A DNA stretch of 64,000 bases from Clostridiales bacterium (GCA_012727435.1 JAAYHB010000006.1:12327-76326); one strand, 5' to 3'. Numbered from the stretch's first letter, positions 22,225-31,835 are shown. Made by a program: numbers and translations. The notes: a model not told the origin generated them from the letters alone.

Positions 22225-24486
22225 ATGCCAAAAAACGGCAGGCACAGCAGCATATTCGACCAGACACCCGACGAAGCGGGGTTGGTCAGGCTTGCCGGCA
22301 CTGTGGAATCGGTCGTTTATTCTAACGAGGAAACCGGTTATGTCGTCTTCGACCTTGAATGCGAGGACGGCGAGCTTGTGACCGCGACCGGGACAATCCC
22401 CTTCATCTCGGAGGGGGATTCGGTCGTTTTGACCGGTAGGTGGATGCACAGCCCCAAATACGGAAGGCAGTTTCGGGTCGAGCAGTACGAGCGCAAACTG
22501 CCGGCCGACACCGAGTCAATTCTGCGCTATCTGTCCTCGCGCACCATCAAGGGTATCGGCCCGAGACTCGCCCGCCGTATTGTCGACGCCTTCGGTGAAG
22601 ACACCTTCGAGGTCATGGAAAACCACCCCGAGTGGCTGGCCGCGCAGGTGAAGGGCATATCGCTGAAGGTGGCTCTCGCCGCCAGCGAAGAGCTGAAGGA
22701 AAAATCGGGTATGCGCGAGGCCATGCTTTTTTTCCGCGAGTGGTTCGGTGCGGTGCTGACCGTGAAGATATACAAGCGATGGGGGAATAGGGCGGTTGAA
22801 ATCGCCCGCAGGAACCCTTATCTGCTCTGTGAGGAAATCGAAGGTATCGGCTTTGAGCGCGCCGACCGACTGGCCGAAAAACTCGGTATCCCGCACGACT
22901 CGCCCGAACGGATAAAGAGCGGCCTCTCCTATATTTTGCTTGTCAACTCAATGCAAAACGGGCATGTCTGCCTGCCCGACAACAAGCTGATTTACGCGGC
23001 AGCAGAGCTGCTCGGTTGCGAGGTTGATATATGCCGTGCAGCGCTTGAAGAGCTTGTGAAATCAGAGCGGCTGGTTGCCCACCTGCGGGGCGGAGAGAGG
23101 TTTATTTACCTTCCGGCGGCATATGAGTGCGAGGAGTACATAGCAAAGAAGCTGGCCCTCTTGGACAGGCTCTGCCCCGCTGTAGACATTGCCGACATTT
23201 CGTTGTTCATACAAAAGGAGGAGAAGCAAAACAGCATAGTCTATGCCGAAATGCAGAAAAAGGCGATAACCGAGGCGCTGAGAAACGGCATTTTTGTGCT
23301 GACCGGCGGACCCGGAACCGGAAAAACCACGATTGTCAGGGCGCTGATAGATATTTTCGAGAGCATGGACATGAAGGTCGCGCTCGCCGCACCGACCGGG
23401 CGCGCGGCAAAGCGCATGTCCGAGGCGACCGGCAGGGAAGCCAAAACCGTCCACAGAATGCTTGAGGCCGAGTTTGCCGGCGAGGGGCGCGAGATATCCG
23501 AGTTCCGCAGGGGAGAGGACGACCTGCTCGACGAAAATGTGATAATTATCGACGAGGCCTCGATGCTCGACAACTGGCTGACAGCGGCCCTGCTCAGGGC
23601 GGTAAAGCCCGGCGCACGGATTCTTTTTGTCGGAGACGCCGACCAGTTGCCGCCAGTCGGTGCGGGGAACGTGCTGCGGGATATTATCAGCTCCGGGAAA
23701 TTCGCTACCGTCAGGCTCAACGAGATATTCAGGCAGGCCGAGATGAGCCTGATCGTTACCAACGCGCACGCTGTGAACTCGGGCAGGATGCCCGACCTTA
23801 GCGTGAAGGACAGCGATTTCTTCTTCCTGCCCCGAGCCGCTGACGCCTCAATTGCCGAGACGATAGTCGACCTTTACAAAAACCGGCTGCCCCGCAGCTA
23901 CGGTGAGGAGGTGCTCAACGATATTCAGGTGATAGCACCATCAAGGCGGGGTGAGGCCGGGACCGAGAATTTAAATCTTCTCCTTCAGAGCGCACTCAAT
24001 CCCCCGTCACCCGAGAAGGGTGAGTATGTTTTCCGAGACATAACCTACCGGACCGGCGACCGGGTCATGCAGGTGCGCAACAACTACGAACTCGAATGGG
24101 AACGCAACGGCATACGCGGGACCGGGGTGTTTAACGGCGATATCGGGGTCATCAGAAAAATCAGCAAATCGGGCTCCTGCATGGAGATAGAATTTGACGA
24201 CCGTATTGTTGCATATAATTTTTCACTTCTCGACGACCTTGAGCACGCCTACGCGATTACAGTTCATAAAAGTCAGGGCAGCGAATACCCCATCGTGATA
24301 ATGCCGGCCTGCAGCGCTCCGCCGATGCTGCTGACCAGAAACCTGCTTTACACCGCTATAACCCGGGCGCAGCGGATGGTCATAATCGTCGGCAGGGAGG
24401 ACATCATTTCAACCATGGTGGCAAACAACAAAACGACCATGAGGTATACCGGGCTTGTCGAGAGGATACAGGAGATGATTGATTAA
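22225..24486 (+). CDS. recD2: ATP-dependent RecD-like DNA helicase (SF1B, RecD2)
   Basis: 753 aa. Walker A LTGGPGTGKTT, IIDEASML, an SH3-like C-terminal part and VHKSQGSEYP. The N-terminal OB/HhH region is typical of RecD2. Confidence 0.9.
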   Translation: MPKNGRHSSIFDQTPDEAGLVRLAGTVESVVYSNEETGYVVFDLECEDGELVTATGTIPFISEGDSVVLTGRWMHSPKYGRQFRVEQYERKLPADTESILRYLSSRTIKGIGPRLARRIVDAFGEDTFEVMENHPEWLAAQVKGISLKVALAASEELKEKSGMREAMLFFREWFGAVLTVKIYKRWGNRAVEIARRNPYLLCEEIEGIGFERADRLAEKLGIPHDSPERIKSGLSYILLVNSMQNGHVCLPDNKLIYAAAELLGCEVDICRAALEELVKSERLVAHLRGGERFIYLPAAYECEEYIAKKLALLDRLCPAVDIADISLFIQKEEKQNSIVYAEMQKKAITEALRNGIFVLTGGPGTGKTTIVRALIDIFESMDMKVALAAPTGRAAKRMSEATGREAKTVHRMLEAEFAGEGREISEFRRGEDDLLDENVIIIDEASMLDNWLTAALLRAVKPGARILFVGDADQLPPVGAGNVLRDIISSGKFATVRLNEIFRQAEMSLIVTNAHAVNSGRMPDLSVKDSDFFFLPRAADASIAETIVDLYKNRLPRSYGEEVLNDIQVIAPSRRGEAGTENLNLLLQSALNPPSPEKGEYVFRDITYRTGDRVMQVRNNYELEWERNGIRGTGVFNGDIGVIRKISKSGSCMEIEFDDRIVAYNFSLLDDLEHAYAITVHKSQGSEYPIVIMPACSAPPMLLTRNLLYTAITRAQRMVIIVGREDIISTMVANNKTTMRYTGLVERIQEMID

Positions 24487-24508
24487 TCCCGGCCGGAAGG
24501 AGGGCGGC

Positions 24509-25240
24509 ATGGGCATTCTGAAAAAGCTGATTTTCCCGCCGCGCTGTGCGGCCTGCCGCTGCCTTTTGCCGTATGACGGGGCGGGGGGCGAGCAGGCGCT
24601 TTGCCGTGACTGCCGGGGCGAATGGGAGCTTGAGAAACTGGTGCGCTGTCCCGACTGCCGGCGCGCTATGATAGACTGCCGCTGCATGCCCGACATGATA
24701 AGGAACGCCGGCTGTGCCGGGCTTGTGCGGCTGGTATCCTACGACCCTGCCCGACCCGAGAGCGCGGTGAACAGGGCGACAAATAACCTCAAGCGGATAA
24801 AGGATGCCGATGCGTTTGATTTTTTCGCCTCGCAACTCCTGCTGCCGATACAGAACAGGCTCGATGAGTTCGAGCTCGACATGACCGACATCTGTCCCAG
24901 GCGGCGGAGTGCTGTGCGTGAGCATGGGTTCGATCAGGCCGAGCAGCTTGCCCAAAGCCTTGCGAAGCTCAGTGGTGCTGAGTTTGAAACATTGCTTTTA
25001 CGCCGGCGCTTTGTTTTTGAGCGCGAACAAAAACATCTGACGGCAGCCGAACGGCTGCAGAATGCCGGCCGGGCGGTGCGTCTGAGCAAAGCCGGCCGGC
25101 AAGCGGCCTTAGAACGGGTGATACTCATCGACGATGTGGTTACCACCGGCGCCACATTCTCGGCCTGCGCCGATCTTTTGCGCCATGCAGGTGTTCAGCT
25201 TGTAATCGGCGCCTGCCTTGCGGTGGCCGTAAAAAAATAA
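24509..25240 (+). CDS. comFC: ComF family protein (ComFC, phosphoribosyltransferase-like)
   Basis: N-terminal CxxC…CxxC zinc-finger (CAACRC…CRDCRGEW…CPDCRR) and the C-terminal PRTase motif VILIDDVVTTGATF. GGAAGGAGGG RBS. Confidence 0.85.
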   Translation: MGILKKLIFPPRCAACRCLLPYDGAGGEQALCRDCRGEWELEKLVRCPDCRRAMIDCRCMPDMIRNAGCAGLVRLVSYDPARPESAVNRATNNLKRIKDADAFDFFASQLLLPIQNRLDEFELDMTDICPRRRSAVREHGFDQAEQLAQSLAKLSGAEFETLLLRRRFVFEREQKHLTAAERLQNAGRAVRLSKAGRQAALERVILIDDVVTTGATFSACADLLRHAGVQLVIGACLAVAVKK

Positions 25241-25243
25241 TTG

Positions 25244-25345
25244 TGCGGGGCTCTGCCCCGCACCCCGCTTTTACCTCGGGGACGCTGCCTCCGAACCCCC
25301 TCAATACCCTTTTTGAAAAAGGGTCTTGGGAATCCTCAAAACTAT
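25244..25345 (+). repeat. Copy A of the dispersed intergenic repeat family (full length). Further GC-rich hairpins continue to about 25443.
   Basis: TGCGGGGCTCTGCCCCGCACCCCGCTTTTACCTCGGGGACGCTGCCTCCGAACCCCCTCAATACCCTTTTTGAAAAAGGGTCTTGGGAATCCTCAAAACTATTAAAAC. It starts 5 nt after the comFC stop. Confidence 0.75.
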
Positions 25346-25579
25346 TAAAACAAATCGCTGATAAAGTAGGCGCGGGTCCCGCAACCCGCGCCATGATGCA
25401 ATCAGCCAACCCGCTGACTTCAGTCGGGAACGTGCGGGGCTCCTGATATATGCGGATAAATGCACAATGACCCTCCAAAACAAGATTGCTTTTTGCACCA
25501 TTATATAGTATAATTGAAACTGCGGTACTTTGCCGTCACAAGCGGCAAAACGCAAAACTTCGGAAAGGCAAGCGTCGAG

Positions 25580-26632
25580 ATGATAAAAAAACTCCGGGAA
25601 CTTGCACGCAAGCTTGACAGCAAGGATATCGGCATCGATCTCGGAACGGCGAACGTGCTTGTCTATGTCGAGGATAAGGGGATCGTGCTCAGCGAGCCTT
25701 CGGTGGTCGCAATCGACACCGAGGCCGATAAAATAATAAAGGTCGGGCGTGCGGCGCAGGCGATGATGGGCCGCACCCCCGAGCATATAAAAACAATACG
25801 GCCGCTGAAAAACGGTGTAGTCGCGCAGTATGAGGTGACGCTCAGAATGCTCCAGTATTTTATCCGACGAGCCTGCGGTGATATGTTTTTCAGGCCACGG
25901 GTGATGATATGTACTCCGGGCGGGGTATCAGACGTCGAGAAAAGGGCGGTTATGGACGCGGCGCTCGAGGCGGGTGCAAGGATGGTTAAGCTGATTGATG
26001 AGCCGGTAGCCGCAGCGGTCGGCGCCGGGCTGAATGTCAACGCCCCCGAAGGGCACCTGATTTTAGACATAGGCGGCGGGGTGACAGACATCGCGGTGGT
26101 GTCGCTCGGCGGCATCGTGGTGACCGAGTCAATCCGGGTTGCCGGGTACCAGTTTGACGAGGCAATTGTCTCGTACATCCAGAAAAAATACGCGGTACAT
26201 ATCGGCGAGCGCACTGCCGAGCAGATAAAAATCCGAATCGGCGCGGTCTACGAGCATAAGAACCCGAAGACCATGAAGGTGCGCGGGCGCTGCATGAAGG
26301 AAGGGCTGCCGAAGGAGATAACAATAAGCTCCAGGGAAATGCTTGAGGCGATGATGGAGCCGATATCATCGATACTCGAGGCGCTCTGCAGGGTGGTTGA
26401 GCGCACGCCCCCCGAGCTTGTACCCGACATCATAAACAACGGCATAACCATGACCGGAGGTGGCAGCCTCCTCGCGGGGCTTGACCTCTTGATAACCGAC
26501 GTCACCGGAATCAAGGCCCGCCTTGCCAAGGATCCCATGCTATGTGTGGTTACCGGCACAGGTAAATCGCTCTCAAAGCTGGCCTTCTGGCAGGAGCGGG
26601 AGGATGCCGAGGACGCCCTGCCGGTTTCATAG
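25580..26632 (+). CDS. mreB: Rod shape-determining actin homologue MreB/Mbl
   Basis: DIGIDLGTANVLVYV, DEPVAAAVGAG, LDIGGGVTDIAV and MTGGGSLLAGL. ATG at 25580 after GGAAAGG. Confidence 0.92.
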   Translation: MIKKLRELARKLDSKDIGIDLGTANVLVYVEDKGIVLSEPSVVAIDTEADKIIKVGRAAQAMMGRTPEHIKTIRPLKNGVVAQYEVTLRMLQYFIRRACGDMFFRPRVMICTPGGVSDVEKRAVMDAALEAGARMVKLIDEPVAAAVGAGLNVNAPEGHLILDIGGGVTDIAVVSLGGIVVTESIRVAGYQFDEAIVSYIQKKYAVHIGERTAEQIKIRIGAVYEHKNPKTMKVRGRCMKEGLPKEITISSREMLEAMMEPISSILEALCRVVERTPPELVPDIINNGITMTGGGSLLAGLDLLITDVTGIKARLAKDPMLCVVTGTGKSLSKLAFWQEREDAEDALPVS

Positions 26633-26673
26633 ACAAAAAGCCGAAAGGCTGCTTTCAGCAAGGAGATGATTCT

Positions 26674-28110
26674 GTGAAGAAGTATTTGACAGACGGCTAT
26701 AAACCCGAGGCATTATTCCGCTACTTTGAGGAAATCTCCGCAATCCCGCGCGGCTCAAAAAACGAGGCGAAAATCTCCGATTATCTTGAAAAATTCGCCG
26801 GCGAGCGCGGGCTTTTTTGCCACCGTGACAAGCTTCACAATGTGCTGATCAAAGCCCCGGCGTCGGCCGGATACGAAAATCAGCCGGCAGTACTGCTTCA
26901 GGGGCATACCGACATGGTGTGCGAGAAAAACTCGGGCACCCGCCACAATTTCCTGACCGACCCGCTTGAGCTTTACATTGAGGGCGACTGGCTGCGGGCG
27001 CGGGGGACCACACTCGGAGCCGACAACGGAGTAGCGGTTGCGCTCATGCTGGCGCTGCTTGACGGAGAGGTAGAGCACCCGGCGCTCGAGTGTCTATTCA
27101 CAGTGCAGGAGGAAATAGGTCTGATAGGCGCCGGCGGTTTTGACTATTCGCTGATATCGGCCAAATGCATGATAAATTTGGACAGCGAGGGTGAAGGGCA
27201 GGCGGTTGCCGGCTGTGCGGGCGGCTGCCGCACCGATATCACGCTTCCGTATGAGCCGGTGCCGGCCGCCGGTGAGACGGTGGTACTGAAACTCGGCGGG
27301 CTTGCCGGCGGGCATTCAGGGATGGACATAGGCCGCGGCCGCGCGAATGCAATCAAGCTCATGGGCCGTCTGCTGCTCGCGCTGAGGCGTGAGGTAGACT
27401 ATAATATCATCAGCATTGACGGCGGGCTTGCCGAAAACGCGATTCCCCGCGAGTGCGAGGCAACACTGGCTGTGGGTGATGCCCTTGCGGTCGAGAAGGC
27501 AGCTGCCCGGTTTGCCGCCGAGATATCTGCTGAACTAAGCCGGGAGGATGCAGGGTTTTCGCTTTCCTGCAGCCGCCGGGAGCTGCCGGAGTATATGATG
27601 AGTGCTGCCGACACCAAAACGGTAGCCGCCATGCTGGCCTCCTTCTCAAACGGTGTCATTGAAATGAGCCGCGATATACCGGGACTGGTCGAGTATTCCC
27701 GCAACCTCGGGATTGTCCGCACGCATGCCGATAAGGTATGCTTTGCCGTCTCCACGCGTTCGTCGCTTGAGGCGAGGATTGACGCCTCCTGCGATTACCT
27801 GAGCGCATTTGCCGGTCTCTGCGATGCTGGGGCAGAACACCATTCAAGGTATCCGGGCTGGAAATTTGATGCGGTCTCGCCGCTGCGCGACAAGTATATC
27901 GAGGTATGCCGACAGGTGCTTGGCCGAGAGCCCCAAATTTTGACCATACACGCAGGGCTTGAGTGCGGTATTATTAAGGCCGCCGTACCCGATATGGACA
28001 TCATATCCATCGGACCGATAATCAAAAATATCCACACTCCCGACGAGGCGCTCAACCTTCCGAGTTATGAGCGGCTCTGGCAGATAGTGACCGGAATTCT
28101 GAGGAAATAG
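26674..28110 (+). CDS. pepD: Aminoacyl-histidine (Xaa-His) dipeptidase, M20 family
   Basis: GTG start after an AAGGAGA RBS. FEEISAIPRGSKNE, LQGHTDMVCEKN and GTTLGADNGVAVA are PepD signatures. Confidence 0.85.
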   Translation: MKKYLTDGYKPEALFRYFEEISAIPRGSKNEAKISDYLEKFAGERGLFCHRDKLHNVLIKAPASAGYENQPAVLLQGHTDMVCEKNSGTRHNFLTDPLELYIEGDWLRARGTTLGADNGVAVALMLALLDGEVEHPALECLFTVQEEIGLIGAGGFDYSLISAKCMINLDSEGEGQAVAGCAGGCRTDITLPYEPVPAAGETVVLKLGGLAGGHSGMDIGRGRANAIKLMGRLLLALRREVDYNIISIDGGLAENAIPRECEATLAVGDALAVEKAAARFAAEISAELSREDAGFSLSCSRRELPEYMMSAADTKTVAAMLASFSNGVIEMSRDIPGLVEYSRNLGIVRTHADKVCFAVSTRSSLEARIDASCDYLSAFAGLCDAGAEHHSRYPGWKFDAVSPLRDKYIEVCRQVLGREPQILTIHAGLECGIIKAAVPDMDIISIGPIIKNIHTPDEALNLPSYERLWQIVTGILRK

Positions 28111-28115
28111 AAAAA

Positions 28116-28157
28116 GGCAGCCGCACACGACATGATTTGCGGCTGCCTCGTTTTTTT
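28116..28157 (+). terminator. Intrinsic terminator of pepD
   Basis: GGCAGCCGC-N14-GCGGCTGCC (28116-28147), then TCGTTTTTTT. Confidence 0.8.
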
Positions 28158-28186
28158 GTTTAGCATTAGTGAACAACAGATATAAA

Positions 28187-28284
28187 GTTTTTGAGGATTC
28201 TTTAGGAACTTTGTAAAAAGTCCTTCAAGCAGGGGTTCGGGGGTGGAACTCCCGAAAAAAAGCGGGGTGTGGAGCGGAGCCCCT
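28187..28284 (-). repeat. Copy B of the dispersed repeat family (full length, reverse orientation)
   Basis: Reverse complement is GGGGCTCCGCTCCACACCCCGCTTTTTTTCGGGAGTTCCACCCCCGAACCCCTGCTTGAAGGACTTTTTACAAAGTTCCTAAAGAATCCTCAAAAAC. The head lies 11 nt from the stop of the minus-strand gene at 28295. Confidence 0.75.
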
Positions 28285-28294
28285 TAAGAAAAAT

Positions 28295-29749
28295 TCAGGT
28301 GTTGTCGGAAATAAATTTTTTGAAAATTTCTATCAGTTCCGAGGCTTCTGCTTCGCTTGACGCCTCGGCGCAGATACGGATTAGCGGCTCGGTGCCCGAG
28401 AAGCGGCAGAGGACGAAAGAATCGTTTTCAAATACCACCTTGTAGCCGTCGGCATACGACACCCGTTTCACCCGCCGGTCTCCGAAATCCGGCAGGGAAC
28501 GGCTTGTCATAATCAGGTCGGTTATCCGCCCGCGGTCGTCGGGATGAAAGCTGCTGTTGTCCTCAACCATCACATAGCTTCCGTACCGAAAGGTCAGCTC
28601 GTCCATAAGCACGGAGGGCGACTTTCCGGTTTTACATATCATTTCCACAAAAAGTGAGGCGGCATATATCGAGTCTTTTCCATGTATGTGACCCCGCACT
28701 GTCAGTCCGCCCGAGGATTCTCCGCCGAGCACGGCGTCGTACTGATCAATTGCGGCTGAAATGTACTTGAACCCGACAGGCACCTCGTAGCACACCTCGC
28801 CGAATGAAGCCGCGATTTTGTCAAGCATATGGGTGGTCGCTACGTTGCGCACCACCGGCCCGCGCCAGCCCTTGTGCTCATGCAGGTAATAATAAAGCAG
28901 GCAAAGAGTTTCGTTAGCCGTAATGTATCTTCCGTTTGAGTCGATAATGCCGAGTCTGTCGGCGTCACCGTCAAAGGCAATTCCGAGATCATATTTGCCG
29001 GAAACAACGCTGTCCCTGAAATCCTTGAGGCTGTTCCCGGTCGGGGCAGGGTCGCGTCCGCCGAAATAGGCGTCCTTCTCGCCCCCCACAAGGTCTACGG
29101 TGCAGCGGGCGGTATACAGAATTGCCATCAGCGGGTAGGTGCCCGAGCCGTGCATCGGATTGAAAAGCACCCTCAGGTCGCGTTCGCGTATCGCTTCGAT
29201 GTCGAGTTTTGAGAGAATACTGTCGATAAAGCGGTTGAAGGGGTGCTTTAAGTACTCGACAAGGCCCTTTTCGACACATTCGTTAAAGGGAATCCGGGGT
29301 ACGCGCTCGGCACGGATATTGGCAATTATCTCTTCAAGCTGCCGGGTTGTCTCAACCGGTGCGTCGCGCCCTTCGCGGACTATGAGCTTGATTCCGTTGT
29401 AGTATGGTGGGTTATGACTTGCAGTTACCTCTATCCCGTAATCAAGCTCCATGTCCTTGACAAGGAACATGACAAGCGGGGTCGGAGCGCTGCGCTTCAT
29501 GAAAAGCACATGAAATCCCTGCGCGCAGAAAACCTCGGCAATCCAGCGTGCAGCGCTGTCCGAAAGAAAGCGGCGGTCGTAGCCGATGACCACCGGTTTG
29601 CCTGTCCGCTTTTCGCGTACAGCAAGCTCGCAGACTCCGGCCGCGACGCGGACAACATTCTCGCGGGTAAAGATCTCGCCGATGATCGCCCGCCAGCCTC
29701 CGGTGCCGAAGGTTATCAGGTCGAGGTCGTCCTGCTCATGTTGTGCCAT
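28295..29749 (-). CDS. Alpha-D-phosphohexomutase family protein (phosphoglucomutase/phosphomannomutase type)
   Basis: Active-site loop TASHNPPYYNGIK and Mg site FDGDADRLG. ATG at 29749 has an AAGGAGG RBS 6 nt upstream. Confidence 0.88.
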   Translation of the reverse strand: MAQHEQDDLDLITFGTGGWRAIIGEIFTRENVVRVAAGVCELAVREKRTGKPVVIGYDRRFLSDSAARWIAEVFCAQGFHVLFMKRSAPTPLVMFLVKDMELDYGIEVTASHNPPYYNGIKLIVREGRDAPVETTRQLEEIIANIRAERVPRIPFNECVEKGLVEYLKHPFNRFIDSILSKLDIEAIRERDLRVLFNPMHGSGTYPLMAILYTARCTVDLVGGEKDAYFGGRDPAPTGNSLKDFRDSVVSGKYDLGIAFDGDADRLGIIDSNGRYITANETLCLLYYYLHEHKGWRGPVVRNVATTHMLDKIAASFGEVCYEVPVGFKYISAAIDQYDAVLGGESSGGLTVRGHIHGKDSIYAASLFVEMICKTGKSPSVLMDELTFRYGSYVMVEDNSSFHPDDRGRITDLIMTSRSLPDFGDRRVKRVSYADGYKVVFENDSFVLCRFSGTEPLIRICAEASSEAEASELIEIFKKFISDNT

Positions 29750-30461
29750 AATATACCTCCTTGTCACAAATCAGCGTGACGTCATTGTGAAGGTTCAAGA
29801 AGGTTACCGGCCATCTGGTTGTTATTTTCCCCTCAAGGAGCTTTTTTATCGCTTCGTGCTTGGCACTGCCGCTTACCAATACAACGATCCGACGGGCTGA
29901 AAGGATTGTTTTAATCCCCATTGTAATTGCGTGCTTCGGCACCTGGTCCTCGGAGTCGAAGAATCTTGCGTTGGCTTTTATTGTGCTTGGTGTGAGCCCG
30001 GTCAGATGAGTTTGCGGTAAGAGGGTGTCGCCGGGCTCGTTGAAGCCTATGTGTCCGTTCGCCCCGACGCCGAGCACCTGCAGGTCGATTCCCCCGCAGG
30101 CGGCAATCATCTTTTCGTATTCGGTGCACTCAAGTTCGGGATCGGGTGCCAAGCCGTTGGGGATATGTGTGGCACTTTTGTCTATGTTTACGCGTTCAAA
30201 AAGGCGCTTGTCCATGTAATAGCGGTAGCTTTGGGGGTCATCGGGCGATATGGGGTAGTATTCGTCAAGATTGAAGGTGGTGACACCCGAAAAATCACAT
30301 TTGCCGGCCTCGTAAAGCCCGACAAGGCAGTCGTACATGCCCTCGGGGGTGGACCCGGTCGCCAGCCCAAGGCAGATTTTTTTACTGGAAATGCACTCTG
30401 CCACCATTTCTGCGGCAGTTTTTGAGAGTTCCCGGTAATTTTCACAGACAATAATTTTCAT
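29736..30461 (-). CDS. nagB: Glucosamine-6-phosphate deaminase
   Basis: MKIIVCENYRELSKTAAEMV…LGLATGSTPEGMY…NLDEY…GVGANGHIGFNEPG. ATG at 30461. The stop overlaps the downstream mutase start by 14 nt. Confidence 0.9.
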   Translation of the reverse strand: MKIIVCENYRELSKTAAEMVAECISSKKICLGLATGSTPEGMYDCLVGLYEAGKCDFSGVTTFNLDEYYPISPDDPQSYRYYMDKRLFERVNIDKSATHIPNGLAPDPELECTEYEKMIAACGGIDLQVLGVGANGHIGFNEPGDTLLPQTHLTGLTPSTIKANARFFDSEDQVPKHAITMGIKTILSARRIVVLVSGSAKHEAIKKLLEGKITTRWPVTFLNLHNDVTLICDKEVYYGTT

Positions 30462-30613
30462 TTCGATTCCCGAATTTTTATAATACTTGATTTTTTTATC
30501 GCTTACATATATAATTAAAGCATGTTCGAAATCAAATGTATATGTAAAATCAGACATAATATCTTTAAATAAAGACAAAACAGCCATAAACCGCGGCAGG
30601 AAGAGGGCTGAAA

Positions 30614-31450
30614 ATGAAAAAATGGATTCCCTGTAACCTGACAAAATCCTTTGAAATAAAGGCGCTTTATACTGCCTTTGCGATAACCTTCGACAACCAA
30701 TTTTCGTTTGCAGGCGAGACTCACAATTTTTACGAGGTCATCTGCGTGCTCGACGGCAAAATCGGAATCGCGTCGGACATGAATGTCTACAGCGTGTCGG
30801 GCGGCAGACTGGTCATTCACAAGCCGATGGAGTTTCACCGCATCTGGTCGGAGGAGCAGACCACCCCCTCAATTATCATAATTTCATTTGATGCGCATAC
30901 CTCAATCGAAATTGCGGGAACGGTTTTTGAGCTGTCCGAGGACGAGATAAGGGAGTTTTGCGGGATTTACCGTGGAATCAGCGAGAGCTGTGAAATTATC
31001 ATGCGGCGGGTGACAAGTGTCCTGCCCGGTTGCCTGCCCCGGCTTCAGTTGGCTGTGAACAACCTTGAAAACCTGCTCCTCGGAATAATAGCCGGCAGCC
31101 GGAACCGTCCGTCTGCCGAGAGCAGCAGTTCGGCCTGCGCTGTGAAGTACCGTGAAATCATGAAGTTTCTAAGCGATAACGTTCATGCGCGGCTTACAAT
31201 CGAGGATGTGGCGCGCGCCTGCGGAATGAGCACCTCGGGAGTAAAGCAAATCTTTCGCAGGTACACGGGGCAGGGAATTATGCGCTATTTCCGCGACCTC
31301 AAGTTAAAAAGTGCGATAACCCTGCTCAATTCGGGCTGCAGCGTCAAAGAGACCGCGCTGCGCCTCGGCTTTGCCGACCAGAATTATTTCAGCACTTACT
31401 TTAAAAGGATGACCGGAAAAAGCCCGCGGGCGTATATATCAGGGAACTGA
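30614..31450 (+). CDS. AraC family transcriptional regulator (cupin-like N-terminus plus HTH)
   Basis: C-terminal LTIEDVARACGMSTSGVKQIFRRYTG…ETALRLGFADQNYFSTYFKRMTGKSPRAY is a typical AraC double HTH. It is divergent from the nagB operon. Confidence 0.85.
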   Translation: MKKWIPCNLTKSFEIKALYTAFAITFDNQFSFAGETHNFYEVICVLDGKIGIASDMNVYSVSGGRLVIHKPMEFHRIWSEEQTTPSIIIISFDAHTSIEIAGTVFELSEDEIREFCGIYRGISESCEIIMRRVTSVLPGCLPRLQLAVNNLENLLLGIIAGSRNRPSAESSSSACAVKYREIMKFLSDNVHARLTIEDVARACGMSTSGVKQIFRRYTGQGIMRYFRDLKLKSAITLLNSGCSVKETALRLGFADQNYFSTYFKRMTGKSPRAYISGN

Positions 31451-31454
31451 CATT

Positions 31455-31520
31455 TACGGGGCTCCGCCCCACACCCCGGGCTTTTCCGGGGACGCTGCAA
31501 CCGAACATCTCCCCGCTGAA
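31455..31520 (+). repeat. Copy C of the dispersed repeat family (head module only)
   Basis: CGGGGCTCCGCCCCACACCCCGGGCTTTTCCGGGGACGCTGCAACCGAAC. The GGGGCTCCGCCCC head begins 7 nt after the AraC stop. Confidence 0.65.
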
Positions 31521-31628
31521 CTGTAATGTTTATGTTCACTGAGAAGTATTGTTAACACTAATGCCTCGTGTATGCTATGAACTATCCTATAAATTAGGTT
31601 ATTATTACGTCCATTTACCTGACAATAG

Positions 31629-31655
31629 TTAGCACTCAATTATTAAGAGTGCTAA
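31629..31655 (+). promoter_or_regulatory. CIRCE operator (HrcA binding site), a perfect match to the consensus
   Basis: TTAGCACTC (31629-31637), a 9-nt spacer AATTATTAA, then GAGTGCTAA (31647-31655). It lies about 180 nt upstream of the clpB ATG. Confidence 0.85.
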
Positions 31656-31835
31656 TATTTACAAAATAGACATAGAATATTCATAAATACGTCATAAATA
31701 AAAAAGTAATATAATGGCGTTAAATCATGATGATTTTGGCTCACGATTTTATATGAATTTTTATTCCGGCACTGAAAAAAACTGAAAGCAAACTTATTGA
31801 ACCAGCCGGCGGCATTTGGAAAGGACACACAAAGC

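Noticed and set aside
21851-22267. A 138-aa minus-strand ORF overlapping the 21872..22210 plus-strand ORF.
   Set aside because: The plus-strand ORF has a well-spaced GGGGAGG RBS and a clean TM helix, and it sits in the recD2 operon orientation. The minus-strand ORF lacks an RBS and would run into the metK terminator region.
25243-25446. Short ORFs translating through the repeat elements (25243..25446, 25140..25478, 31454..31639, 41351..41974).
   Set aside because: They coincide with copies of the dispersed intergenic repeat, have no RBS, and differ in frame and strand between copies. The DNA/RNA element is conserved, not a protein.
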